Origin: Raillietiella orientalis
Lineage: Eukaryota
Assembly: GCA_036172245.1 (NCBI GenBank)
Contig: JAYWIR010000001.1
Location: 6,324,001-6,388,000 of the forward strand
DNA length: 64,000 bases
Direction: 5' to 3'
Numbering within the stretch: position 1 is the first letter of the stretch; each line of letters opens with the position of its first letter. The notes under the pieces are model-generated. The model saw only the letters and a program-made list of their open reading frames with translations, was not told where the DNA came from and did no database searches. Of this stretch, positions 1 through 12,554 are shown piece by piece. The position numbers were made by a program, and so were the translations under genes.

Positions 1-3000
1 AAAATAAAGAATACCGACAAATATATTGGTTTCATTTTGATCACCATTTTATGCTCATCGCGGGCACCATAGTTCGATTGATGCGTTGTCGCCGTTCGCC
101 GTTCAGTTATCAGATTTACCCGGAAATAAGTTTTGCACGCGGTTTTTCCGGGGGCATTCATTATTCAAGAATTATAAAAATACACTTAAATGTTCGTTGC
201 TCTTAAAATAAGAATCAGGTGATTTTCATCCGCTTTTGTTTTCGAAACCCTACTGCCTAACCCTTATGTTATGGAGAAACCCGGGAGCAGGAGTTCACCT
301 TCATTTATAAAGCTAGGCATAGTGATGCAGCAGTATCCCATTTGAAATGTTTATATGGGATCTGAAAATTTTCCTGCTTTTACAATGTTCGAATATTTCC
401 CATTTTCTTAAGGTCCTTTTCAAGTACATACTCTGTTTCGTCCTCCTCGCAAAGTGCTGTTTCCTTTTGATTTCTGCTCTTTACGAATTTTGTTGCTCTT
501 CCGTCGTGATGCTATCACGTCGTGTGTGGACCACCGTATCGCTCAACCCCTGCGGCTTGGTTTGAAGTCGATTCTTTCCCTGAGGCTGGCAAGCTTTTGC
601 CCGTACCTCCGAGAATCTGAGTTCATAAGAATTTCTTAGGAAGTATAAAGAAATTATGCTCGTTAACTGTTATATCCTGAGCATTTTCTCACGAAAGTCT
701 GGGTGACAGATGAAAGAATTTTCGTAGCTCGCGCTGGCTGCATCTCAAGGTCAAAGATGGAACAAGGAAGAAGGAAGCGAAAGAACCACAGCAGTTCAAC
801 GCAGCCCTATGTCTCATCCATTTCAGGCTGTTGAACCGAAGACCGAAAAGTCTGATTCAATTTCCGCTGTCTCAAAAACCCCTGTGTCTTCTGTGACCTG
901 CAGAGATCACCAGCCTTGGTTGCGATGTATCGTCCGCTGAAGAGTGAAGGAATCCAAAGGTTCCGGGACTTCGAAGGCGGGACCTTTCTCTAAAGAAAGG
1001 TCCCGCTTTCCCCTTCTCTAAAAGATGGGAAAACGATTAAAGCCCAGCATCCAGACCTTCCGTCTCATTTCTTTCCATGTCGCGACCTCCTTCTTGCTGC
1101 TCTTTTCCTTAGGAATCGTGAGGCTGCTGCGAGCAAGCAACCACCCTGGACCGCATTTCTCCCTTGCAAAGCACACGGAAGCCATTGCCACGCGTCCCTG
1201 CGCGTGGACGCGGCCCGAACTCTGACGTGCCGGATGGACGAGCTCTCTTCAGGCGCACTTCGTGCAGGCTCCAGGACTTCCGCTTCCTCGCGTTGCCGTG
1301 CTGCGGGCGCGTCCGTTGCAGCCACCCGGCTGGGAGGAACCATGGGGTCACCCTGGGAACGGGGAAACAGAACCCCCCTCGCGAGCCTTCCGACATCGAT
1401 CTGGGGCGTTCGGGAAGCTGCTCTCCGGCGGAAGCAGGCGGTCTCCTCGCCTCTGGCCGCTGGCGCCCTGCACGACCTTTGCGCACCTACAAGTAGCGCC
1501 TGCGTCCACCCCGAGGGGAACCGACGAAAAGGCGGCATCAAGGAAGGCGAAAAGACAGCGAAGAAGAGCGAGTAGGTCGCGGGTACCGGAGGGCGTTCGG
1601 GGAAGCAAAGGTCTCAGCACATCGCCCAAGAGTGGAAGGCCCTCTGCCGCGGCCGTCGGGAGTCGCGACTTCCGCCTGAGGCTCCAAGAGGGCGCAAGTT
1701 CGAAACCCCCTGAGAGGGGTGGGCGCCGAGAATGGGGGTGAGTCGCAACTTTCGAGTTTTCGAGTCCCCCCCCTCCCTCCCCTACTCAGGGCGACGCATG
1801 GGCTTCGGGAGCGGTGCTGGTGTGATGGGCGTGGGACACCGGATGCCTCGCTGACCATCCTGAATCGGGATTCGGGCCTTCGGGATTTTACTGAGCATCA
1901 TGGAGTTGCGGACGAGTCCTCAGGGGTTCCCTTCCAGCTCCTCGCATGGAATCAACTCCCTTCCCCCCTCGAGGGACCCTCCATCGTGCTTACGCGGCTG
2001 CGACCCCCCTCCAGCCTGCGGGAGTCCAGCGCTCTCCCTGGAGATACCCTCCAGAGGGGCCTGCCAAGAGCGGCTTCTCGGTCTCCTCCCTCACAGTCTA
2101 GAGGAACTCCACGCTCGAAGCCTTCCTGGATTCTTGGGTAGGCTCCTTCGATGGTTTCCCCCCGGACTGAGTTTTTTCGGGTGTCGCGGCAGATCCCTGC
2201 GAGTCCCTGCGGCGGCTTCATCTGCCACTCCGATGCCCAGAAGACGTGGACGGTTCCGGGAGAACTGGACGGGCCGAAAAAGGGTGACTGCTCTGAAGGA
2301 GCCGCTCCTCGAAGGCCGCGAGAGCCGACGCATCCGGAGGGCACTGCGAGCCACGCTCTCGCAGCGATTCGTCTCCCGCAACGGCGGACTTTCGTGTGGC
2401 CCCACGATGAGTCCAGCCGTGCGACTGCCTTCACGAGGGTTGCAGCAGCGAGGCGAAAGGAGGAAGTCGTCTCCAGGAAGACCGCCCTCTCTCTGCGCTG
2501 CGGTCCTAGCGAGGGAGGATCATCGACCAAAGGTCTGCCTTCCCTACTTTTGCTTGTGCTCTGCTCGGCCACCCAAACTTCCCGAGTCACCGACCTACCT
2601 GTGTGGAGCCGACCTTCCTCTCCTGGAACTTCCGGTGGTTCCCCCTGGGAACAAGGCATCCCGATTTGTACGTTCGGTTCTCTCCCGCAGAGTTGACACC
2701 CCCCCTTCGGCGTTACCGTGGGTTGAGAAGACCGGAAGGGAGCACCTAGCCGCCATTTCTTTCTCGCATTCGGGCTGCTGCCCTCAGGAAGACCGCAGGG
2801 GGCGCAGTCGCTCAGCCACCGCCGCGCCTTCTGGCGAGGAAGCCGTCCTGGATGGCGTGAGGGATCAGTCCGTGGTATCAGCAGAGGGGAAAGTGGAGAA
2901 CCGAGGAGAAGCGGGTTTCAGGAGCGCCACTCCTGGAACCGACGAGGAACGCTACAGGAGCGGCAGGACTTCCGCGTGTCTCCGAGATGGTTTAAGATCC

Positions 3001-3542
3001 CGTCTGGGGTTCGCTGTGCCTCTGGGCGTGCGAAGAGGAGAGGGGAACACCCCCCTCTCCCCTTTTCGCCCCGTTTCCTTTTCCCTTCTTGTCGGTACGC
3101 GCTGCCGTCATCCTGCCAGCAGGTGAGCGGCTTCCGCGTCTCTGGGGGATGGTTCACGCGACCTGCCCCTGCCCCTTCCCTTTCCCAGGATCCCCCCTCC
3201 GCGTCGCGCGTCCCAAAGGCGCGTGCTGCTCGTTCGTGCGTTGTTCTTTATTGACCAGCCGGCGCCTGAGGGCATGAGAGGGCCGGATGCAGGCGCCACT
3301 CTCGGGATTCGACGGGGACGGAGCCGCCTACCCGTCGACTGCGGCTCCAGGTCGCGCGGGATCTGCTCCTCCCTTCCCCAGGGGTCGCCTCTTCTTCCTC
3401 GGTGGCAGCAACAGCCTCAGGGCGAGCTGCGCTAACGGGGCGACCTCCCCGCCACAGCCTCCTGGGGGCACTGTCCTTCCTCCCTCCACAGAGGGCAGTG
3501 CGGGGTTCTCTCGTGGGGCCACCAGGCGGAGCTCCCCACCCC

Positions 3543-3962
3543 TCAGATCCGGAAGTCCCCAGCGGGCAAGTGGACGCACACCCTGTTCAGGAACTCCATG
3601 GTCCTCTTGCACTTGCCGAGGGAGTTGAGGCTGTGACCCTCGGGACACGGCGGGTGCTCGACTTCGAAGAGAGAGAAGAGGGTCCTGAGGGTGCGCCTAG
3701 AGGCCGCCTCCCCCTCGAGGCCCCTGCACAGCCACCGGCACTTCCACCATCGGGCTTCGCTGGCCACGTGCAGGCACGCACTCAACCCCGGAGCGCCCAC
3801 TCCGGGGCGCTCGGACCCTGCTGCAGAGGGAGCCAGTTGCCTCGAGAACCTTCCCCGGCGGGATCGGCTCACGGAGCTCGGGGCCGCAGGCGCCGGTGGC
3901 AGCAATAGAAGCAGCAGCAGCAGCAGTTCGAGACGCGTCTTCGCTGCCTCTCGGACGTCCAT
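3543..3962 (-). CDS. Candidate secreted protein with a Folded-gastrulation N-terminal (FOG_N)-like / GBP-type cysteine motif; 3' extent uncertain
   Basis: ORF from ATG 3962 reads MDVREAAKTRLELLLLLLLLLPPAPA (signal-peptide-like), then basic sites RSRR and SRR, then RTLFSLFEVEHPPCPEGHSLNSLGKCKR. This resembles Drosophila Fog KSIFTLPFRHCPQGHTL (recalled) and fits the insect GBP consensus C-x2-G-x4-6-G-x1-2-C-[KR]. Confidence 0.45.
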   Translation of the reverse strand: MDVREAAKTRLELLLLLLLLLPPAPAAPSSVSRSRRGRFSRQLAPSAAGSERPGVGAPGLSACLHVASEARWWKCRWLCRGLEGEAASRRTLRTLFSLFEVEHPPCPEGHSLNSLGKCKRTMEFLNRVCVHLPAGDFRI

Positions 3963-4182
3963 TGCGACTGTCGTAGCCGGGGGCCCGTCCAGCAGGACTC
4001 GCCACACACCCATCCCGAGGCTCGCCCTTTTATTCCGCGGCCGCTCCTTTCAGGAGGGGGGGGGAGCAGGGAGGGAGGGGGGGCACCGACCTCGCCGCGC
4101 CGGCCTCTCCTGCGCGGACCCGCGGCCGCGTGTTCTCCACGGTGTTGGCGCTTCCGTTCCGCACAGCCGCTCGACGTCCCGC

Positions 4183-4818
4183 TGACGTCACCGCCAAGGG
4201 ACGGGGGTGGGGAGGGAGGGGGGCGGCTCACCTCGGCGGGGAGCCCCGCGCGTGCCCGGGGCACTCATCTCGCGAGTCACCCGGAAGTGGGCGCGCCTCG
4301 GACGTGTCTCTACAACAACGCGAATCTTCCAGTGCGTCGCGCGCGTTGTTGTTGTTGTCGCTGCGGCTGCCCGCTCCTCCCCGCCCTGGGAAGTCCTGCC
4401 GAATCCCTGACCCCTGACCTTTTCCATGCTCGCGGGCGCCACGCGCGCGGGAGGAGGCGCCGCGGACGGACAGCGCGCGCACTCAGGAGCCGCCGCCGGG
4501 GTACGGGCTTCCATAGGGGTCCACGCGCTCGTCGCCCCTCCGTGCCCCGTAAAGGAAGTGGGAGGAAAGAGGAAGGAAACAGGCACTTTCCTTCTGCGGC
4601 AAATCGCCGGCGTTCCCGGCTGCGCCCACCATGCCAGGTCGCAGCGCCCAAAGCCACTGGCCGGTCGGGCACCGGGTGAGTGGCGCCAGCTTTGCTCCAG
4701 GTCGCCAACGCCGCACGTGGACCGGAGAGCGGCCATGGTTCCTTCCGCGGGCGAGGCAAGCGTCGGTCGGAGGCGCGGCGAATCACCGCGGCGCAACCGA
4801 CGCTTCCTCTTGACGTCA
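4183..4818. promoter_or_regulatory. Putative (possibly bidirectional) GC-rich promoter with CRE and ETS motifs
   Basis: TGACGTCA at 4183-4190 and 4811-4818, and CCGGAAGTG at 4281-4289. Lies upstream of the Fog-like ORF (-) and of a putative + strand gene. Confidence 0.3.
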
Positions 4819-5307
4819 CGCGAAGTCGCTGCCGGCACCCGAAGGCACGCGAGAAGCGTCCCCGGGGAGGAGGTGGATGCCGAGGAGGCCCGGGTCCGAC
4901 CCGCAGGGAGGACACAGTGGTCCATGGGCAGCGAGGAGAACTGAAGCCGCCTCCCCCCTCCCCGACCGAGGGAGAAAGGAGGGCCGGACCGCGGTTTCGA
5001 CCCTTCCGGGAAGGAGGTGCCGCCCTAGGCTCCTCCACGTTCAGAGGGCGCTGGGCGCCAAGCGGGAGCGCGAGAGATGGTCCCCCATCATCGTCTTCTA
5101 CGGGTCCTACAGAAGAGCAGCCAGCATCCTCGTCGACCCAAGCTCTTCGGCCTGACCTGGGAACCAGCCCGGCGTCTCCTGTGCTGGCGAGGGGGAAGAG
5201 AAGAGCAAAAGCCACAGGGCACGACCCACGGCCTCCACCATCGGCTCACGTGCACAGTCCCCCGGGGTAGGTCACCACTGCGCGCACCAGCTTGTTCGCT
5301 GGCAGGA

Positions 5308-8140
5308 TGGCGGCGGCGGCTACGGCGCTGGAGAACGCCAGCTTCGACGGCGAATTCCCGGCCGGAGAGGCGTGGACTCGGTTCGCCCCTTTGAGGTGCC
5401 TCATCGCGTGGGTCACGGGCCGACCGCGACCCAAGGGGACGCGAGTGAGGGCATCGCCTGCAGAGTTCGACCCGGAGCGGCCTCCTCTCCGCCCCTCTCC
5501 CGCGCAGGTCCCGCTGACGTTTTCGCATCGCCCGAGGCCGTGAGAGCAGGGTTGTCAGCTGATCCGAGTTCCTCCCGTCGGCGCGTCGCCCTCGGAGAAG
5601 GCAGACCCTCCTGGCTTTTTCCCTTCTTCTTTGGGGAGGAGTTCTGCCACGTGCCGGGAGCACTCCGTCGGTTGGGGACACTTCCAGGTCGCTTCTGGAG
5701 AGCAGCACCTCTCCAGGAGAAGAGGTGCGGAGATCCGGCGGCCGTCAGGAAGCTCCGCTCCCAGCTTCAGCAGTAAGAGGGATCAGCTGCTCCCCTCGCT
5801 CCCGCGTCCCGTTGGGCGCTCCCAGTCGACGACGCACGCTCTCCCGCGGAGAGAGAGGTCGCGAGGAGCCTTCCGCCGCTGTCTATCGTCCTGGAAGCTC
5901 TGGACCCGTCCAGTGCCGGCGCAGAAAACCACAGGGAAAAGATAGGCACCGCCTGCGGTCTGGAGGTCGCAGACTCCCGCGCGGAAGGCAAGCGCGGCAC
6001 CAGGACCTGTGGATCCGAGCGCCTCTCCAGAAACAAAGGAGCCTGCCGGCAGTGCAAGAAACGCCGCATTCCCTTTAGTCGTGGCCATACCTGACTCTGC
6101 GCGTCAAGAAAGCACGAGTGACCCGCTCCCTGCCCACTGGGGAGGTTGCCCGGCCCGGTGGAAGAGCGTCATGGAGGAGGCGGAAACCGCTTCCTCTGCG
6201 AGAGAACATGCCGCAGCAGCAGAGCAGGGAGCAGGAGCACGCCTGGCGGGAGACGCGTGAACCCCACGCAGTATTTCGTTTCCTATAAGCGCCGCTGGAG
6301 CGCTTCGATCGATCGATTCCAGTTCATCCCCGGCTCAAGTGACAGGGAAAAATGGCGGGCGGCTGAAACACTTCACGAGCTCCGGTGCTTTCGGGGCGAC
6401 CTGGTGTCCTCGAGAAGCATCACCATCTCCCGACTGCTGATAAAGGAAAACACTTGCGTCTAAGCGGAACGACTGCACGCTCTCCTTCAGGATCGACCAC
6501 TTTCCCCTTCCGGTGACCGCTTTCCGTGTTGATCACAGAAAATCACCCCCCCCCAACCCGCTCTCGCTTCACACCGCGCTGGGCTGAGTCCCGGTCGCCA
6601 GATCACCTCGAGTGCCCAATCTGCAGGATGCAGATCTCTCGACGAAGACCACAGAAGTTTGCATGCGCGCGAGCGGGGCGGAGACGTACCGCACGCCTGG
6701 AGCTTTCCGAAGTTCCCTCTTCGGAAAGGAGGAAGCTACGAGCTGCGGACTACAGGGATTGCGATGGCTCCAAAGCGATCTCGGGTGATCCGGAAGCCAC
6801 ACCCGATGCCGAAGAGCATCGCGCGCCAGGGGAGCCACGCCATCGACGGAAGCAAGCAGAAACGTGGAAAGCGGCGCTTTCAAGGGTCGCCGGAAGTGCA
6901 CGTCCGGACCGACCGCAAAACGGAAAGAGCAGAAGGAAGCAAACGCTCTCGCTGCGCCGACGTATTCTCTCAAGCCAGTCGTGAAAGAGAAGTGCCCTCT
7001 CGAAAAAGGGAACGGCGCTATGACAACAGGACTGGGGAGCATAAGCTGGCGCGGCTGCGCCGAAAGGTGAAAAAAAAGAAAGAGGAAAGACCAGAGGTCG
7101 TCGCAACCTCGGAAGGAAAAAAAGTGAGATCAGAAAACCAGATCACGAAGACGCCACGAAAGCCAACAGATTCCACCAGATTTCTCTGCAACCGAAACAC
7201 CAAAATGGGTCGCTGATCACATCCGGAAATGTACTCAGTTGCAAGACATCTCCAGAAGGAGCTGCAGAAGGCAAAAGGCAACCAACTCCACAGCGAAAAA
7301 GAAGCGGAAGGCTCGGAACGTGTGGCTATTTTCTCGAGAAGCCCTTCCGGGAACGTTGCTGGAGGTGCGTTTCGTTCCGAACGAACAAAGCTGAGACCAC
7401 AGCGGGGCGGAACGAAGCACGAACCCAGGAAGGTCAGGGAGGCACGAAGGGCTTCTTTCAGGGACGACGACGACGACATCGGTGCATCGACAGACCCGAG
7501 ATGAAGAATCACGGATAGGGAAATCACGGCCTCGCTCGACGCAAACGCAAGCCGCATTCCGAGATGCTCTGCAGGGAAATAAAGAACTCCCACGAGAATC
7601 CTCTACAGGCGGAGTGTGACTCATGAGAAGCATGTTCCGGATAAGGCCCCTGAGGTCCTTCCAGCACGTGACGTCCACGGAAAGGCACGCTGCGAGAGGA
7701 ATGGGAACAAAAACCTACCCACCGCTCGAAAACACAAGCAATCCGAAGTCGGGCGAGAGCAACGAGACGGATAGTGATGCAGTGAAACATCGGACGATGT
7801 CTGCAACCGTGCTAACACCCTGGTCAGGTCGCTTCCGCTTCCTACTCCTATTATTGGAATCGGTCATCGAGAAGGCCAACCTGCCCATAGGACGAAGGCT
7901 GTTTGTGTGCTACGTCGACGGCGAAGAGCACTGGGGCAGTTGAAACGAACGCAGGGTGAAATCTCGGAGGATTCGCGCAGCATCCAGCCTCCTCCTCGTC
8001 GCTGGATGGCACAAAGTGCACGTGCAACTTTCGCGCTTCTCCCTGGGCAAAACTTACCAAAAAATTTTTCGAGTTACCTTTCAGCACGACTATCCAGTTA
8101 GATGGCTTTAGATGCCAGTGCGTGCAAAAGCAAAATTAAA
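5308..8140 (+). CDS. Possible multi-exon or frameshifted gene of unknown function (low-complexity, K/R/E/S-rich)
   Basis: Exon-like blocks include RSLPPLSIVLEALD after an acceptor near 5825, ECPICRMQ at ~6610, and a terminal block DGTKCTCNFRASPWAKLTKKFFELPFSTTIQLDGFRCQCVQKQN* followed by AATAAA at ~8169. I could not build a continuous model and recognised no family. Confidence 0.25.
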
Positions 8141-8298
8141 ATCCTAATCTCGGGTTAATGTATCCTCGAATAAATAATCTTGATAATACATTATACCGGG
8201 ATCGACAAAACCGTGTATTATCCGTTACATGAAGTGCAGTTAAAAAGCTTCCTCAGAATCTCAGTGGCCTTAACCAAAAGTTTCCTAAAGAACAACAT

Positions 8299-9310
8299 TC
8301 ACGCATGCTTGGAGTGTGCACAGTTTGACAAAATCTCCATCGCCCCAGAATTCCAATCTTTAAGCAAAGCTTTGAAGCAGGAAATCAACTGTTGAAAATC
8401 CCCAGTTATCAACTCCTTTATAGAAATGGCCTCTGGCCCAAGCCATTTACGACCTAAGGCTGATCTGAAGCCAAAATGTTAGCAGCACCATTACTGACCA
8501 ATGGAACCTGCAGCTCTGTATGAATATGGAAGTAAGGAGAGAATCCATAGGATCAAAAAACTGTTGTGCAGTAAATTGCAACATTTGCCATTTAATGAAT
8601 GCAACAATTAAAACGTGGGAAAAAACAAATGGGAATTCCAGACATGTGAACTAAATAACTGGCAAAGGGATCCAGCATGAGAATTTAAACTGCCCAGAAT
8701 GCAAAACAATCAGTGCTTGGGTACTCAGGAAAACCATTTTTTAACTTTTAAACAGTTCTAACACTAAAGGATTACCGACTTCCAAATGCTAACATAATGC
8801 TGTAAAAATAAAAACACTTTTCTCGAACACTCGGAATTACCCCCATGCAACATACAATAAATTGAACAAACCAGCTAAAAGTACTTTGATATGCTTTATT
8901 GAATCGTACTCGGTTTTCAAAACTCTCATTTTGCTGCACGATTCTGGAAACAGCATGGCAAACATCTGAAAGAACAAATACCGTCAAGAAAGCTCAAGGA
9001 AATGACATCCAAAGTACCAACAAATTTACATCAGTTCAATGGGTGGTGAATGTAGTCAGCATATGAAACTCTTGACATTGCTTAATGCAGTTCATCACGC
9101 AGAAGCATTAGAAAGTACGTTACTAAATTACTTACCACTATACATGTCACTGCCAATCCACTTAAAAAAGAAAACTGCCAAAAACTACAAACTCGCCAAA
9201 CAGCACATTGCTACTATGAGTTCTTTTAATGTTGCTTTCAAAGCGAGCATTACAGATATGCGAAACTGTATTAAGATCCGATTTAAGTGAACACTAACCG
9301 CATTTCATTT
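8299..9310 (-). CDS. Possible small spliced gene of unknown function
   Basis: Phase-compatible terminal exons FFDPMDSLLTSIFIQSC|RSALGRKWLGPEAISIKELITGDFQQLISCFKALLKDW...HA*, joined by a 43-nt intron with a CTAAC branch point. Upstream exons are uncertain. Confidence 0.25.
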
Positions 9311-9511
9311 CCTTATACAGCACGCACCGGAAAATATACGCACAGTTTTTCCACAGTCTGCTCAAGAAAACGACAACTAATTTACGTTAACAAAAGCGAC
9401 AATTTCTGCTAGCATTATAATTAAAACCCGTTCAATGAATGCTGCGTTAACCCATGCATTTCAATATGGCGCGACCCACGGGTGAACGCTCCTCAACAAG
9501 TAGGTACGCGA

Positions 9512-9580
9512 AGTTTCCGCTTCCTTTTGGATGACGTTAATGAGCGATTGCAACTCTCGAATTACGTCATGCTTCCGGCC
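9512..9580. promoter_or_regulatory. CpG-containing putative divergent promoter (ETS and CRE-like sites)
   Basis: TTCCGCTTCC, TGACGTTA and TTACGTCATGCTTCCGG cluster in otherwise AT-rich DNA, between two putative divergent genes. Confidence 0.35.
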
Positions 9581-12197
9581 ACCACTTGAAATAACACCAC
9601 TTTTATGTGTTTTACGAAACGGCACCTTTTCCCATCATTTCTATTTCATATCCGTATGACACGTCAGTGTATTCAAGGGAAACTGTATTTGGCCGTTTAT
9701 CCAAAAAATATTACATAACGAAAACCGAATAAATTTGTGGCTTGCTGCTGCCTGAAGAAGAAAAAAACTTTGTGTAATGTAACTAAGTAAAATGAAAGTG
9801 AAAGCCGAAGTCCTTGTGGATTTTTGAAAGTTCAATAAGGAATTGAGTCTCAGACAAAACAACCAAATATATGTATGGATATCCGTTTTTCATGTATCCA
9901 AGTTATGGAAAATCAGAAAAATCACATCTCATACCATGTCATTGCTTATAACCTTATTATGTTTGATATTTTCAGAATTTTTTAAAATGAAAATTCCAAT
10001 TTGATTATGTTTCTAATTCGACTCCTATCAGTTTACAGTACGGAAAAATATGCACTCTGTTTCTAAGTGTCATATTCGTTAATTAGATGTTTATCGTAGT
10101 TTTAAAGCATAAAAAATTTTCTGAACAATGCAATCGTTAAGAATGCAAAGAGGAATTTTGTCTTCTTTGCTGACATTTCGTTGATACACTTTAAGCATTT
10201 TATAAGAATTTCTTGTTGTCCCTCCTAGGATTTTTCAAGTTTTGTTTTCATTTTGCACTCGAACTATCAATCAGAAATCAATAAAAACTTTAGAGTGTAG
10301 AAAACTATTAACAAAATGCATCTGTGAAGATGACGGTCATCTTCAAGGATTTCTATGAGCTTCAGAATGCATTTAAACCCTGATATGGAAAAACTATTAG
10401 TTCGACGTATGCAATTAAATATATGCTATTGATGTAAAATCCTAAAACCTATTTAGCTAAAACTCATTTTAATGTAAACAAAAAAATGTCCTCAATGACA
10501 AATCCAGGATAGGGGAAGTTGAAAATGATAGCTAAAACAGACTTGGAAGAATATTTATGAAAAATGAAAGTCTCTTAAGTGCTTTGATGGAAGTGGAAGG
10601 GTACAGCAATGGCCATGATCCAAAGTACCGAAAGCAAGGCAGCGAGAAGTAACTGTAATTTAATGTATTAATAAAAATAATTTTTGGTTTCTGATACCAA
10701 TAAATCCTTTGTTTGGCATCATCATTCGGAGGATTTTGCTTCACTCAGAAATGTTTTCCTCTTGTGTTTTTGTTGATCCGAGAAATGAGTTTGAGGTTTC
10801 AAACTGTTTTGAAATTATGCATACCAACGGTCGAATCCCCGAAATGTTAATAATTTCTTCGATGCATTCCTAAAGTTTATTTCATTTTATTTTTTAACCT
10901 CCATTCCGGTTGATTTTTTACGTTATAACCCGAGATGACAAGAAAGTCACTAAATCTGTGGGTCTCCATGAGATGGTTCAATCTGCCATCGTGGGTATTG
11001 CACAGTAATTCGACCGTGTGCAGTAAACCCCCTCCATTCGTGCCATTTTGGAGCCTCTCTGTGCAGTGTGTTTTCACATGCAGTACTTGAATCTGTTACA
11101 TGACAAGGCGGGGTATCGTGGTTTTGCTAGGAACAAAGTTTGCAGCTTCGGTTCTCATGGCCATCAAATGCAATGGAAACCACGTGTGAGCTCCAGCTGT
11201 TCCAGCAGGTCACTTGTAAATATGTTTTGGAAATTCGCGGTATTCTCTTTGTGTGTGTGTGTGCGATTTTGATTTGGGATTTTCTTGTTTTTCGTTATAT
11301 AGCGAGAGTTCATCTCAACGTACATTACGTGCTCCTTCAGTGTACAGTTTTCGTCATTTAACTGACTTGTAGTTCACCGTTCTTACAATTGAACATTATT
11401 AACATTAAGAAACATACAGGCTTGTAGGCCGTGTTCATCAAAAAGGATGAAGACGAAACCCGTATTTAGTTATAGGAGTATTTAAAAAAATTTGATAATA
11501 AATTAATTTGATGGGAAATTATGTTTTTGTTTTGTAAAGGACTTGTCAGCCTTCTATGCATAGGCTGTCGCTGCTGCAATTTATGCAATCATAGGTTCCA
11601 GTAGCTTAGAATAACCATTCACGTACAACTCCAGATGTGTATGTTTGAATGGAATGTCGCAAGCATTGAAATGATGCAGTGTTTGATGTGTGTTTGTGGC
11701 ATTTGAAATTATCTGTAAATTATCCAAAGCATTATGTAACAGAAAAAAACTTTGGTCGGAAGTGCAGTCAAAAATGTTTATTTCCAAAACGCTACATAGC
11801 TTCAGGTATTTACCTATGTCCTCAGACTATTCTGCATGTATGAATACATTTGCATTAAAGTACCACATTACAATATTCATGAAGATCTGATGGAATGTAT
11901 GTGTGATCATCACAGTACTTTCCAATGCACATTCCAAACAAATTGTAACTTAATGTTTGTGCAAAGAGAAATTTGTGTTAATAGAAATACGTTGACGTTT
12001 TCTTCATGAACTTGTAATGAATTTTTTAAAACTAGGTGATTTTGTCAAGTCAACAAGTATAAATAAGATGGCAGCCTTTGGTTCATATGTTTTCTGTATT
12101 CATATGAAGTGATTAATGAAAATAAAAGCAGACTTTAAATTTAGCAAAAAGCAAATGATAAGAGCAATCTATTTTATGATTTGATGTACTGTATGCC

Positions 12198-12505
12198 ATG
12201 TCAACAAATCAAGTAAGTGGCCCTGGTGCAAATGAACTTCAGGTAAGAAACTAAATGTATACATGTACATAAAAAAGGAGCAGGTAGTAATTGAAGTTAA
12301 AAAACAGCTTCAGAAGGCATTGGATGAGGCTTTGCAATTCAAAAAACAATTGTCTGAAGCCAAGAAACAGTTGCAACAGAATCAGCCCCAAACCATTTGT
12401 CCTATGTGTGAACTGACTTTCTCATCTGAAGTTGCTTGGAAAACATTTGAAGATCATGTGGTACAACATTTTGAAAACATGCCTCCAAACCCAGTTGCAA
12501 AATAA
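12198..12505 (+). CDS. Coiled-coil plus C-terminal UBZ1-type zinc finger protein (Spindle-F / TAX1BP1-CALCOCO-like); upstream exons may be missing
   Basis: Exon 12198-12242 (MSTNQVSGPGANELQ|gtaaga), a 35- or 41-nt intron, then ...KKQLQKALDEALQFKKQLSEAKKQLQ...TICPMCELTFSSEVAWKTFEDHVVQHF...*. The CPMC-x12-F-x2-HV-x2-HF pattern is the UBZ1 finger of Spn-F and TAX1BP1. Confidence 0.65.
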
Positions 12506-12554
12506 TGCAGTTGCATTTATTTTTTTGTGGGAAATCATTTTTATTTCTATTCTA

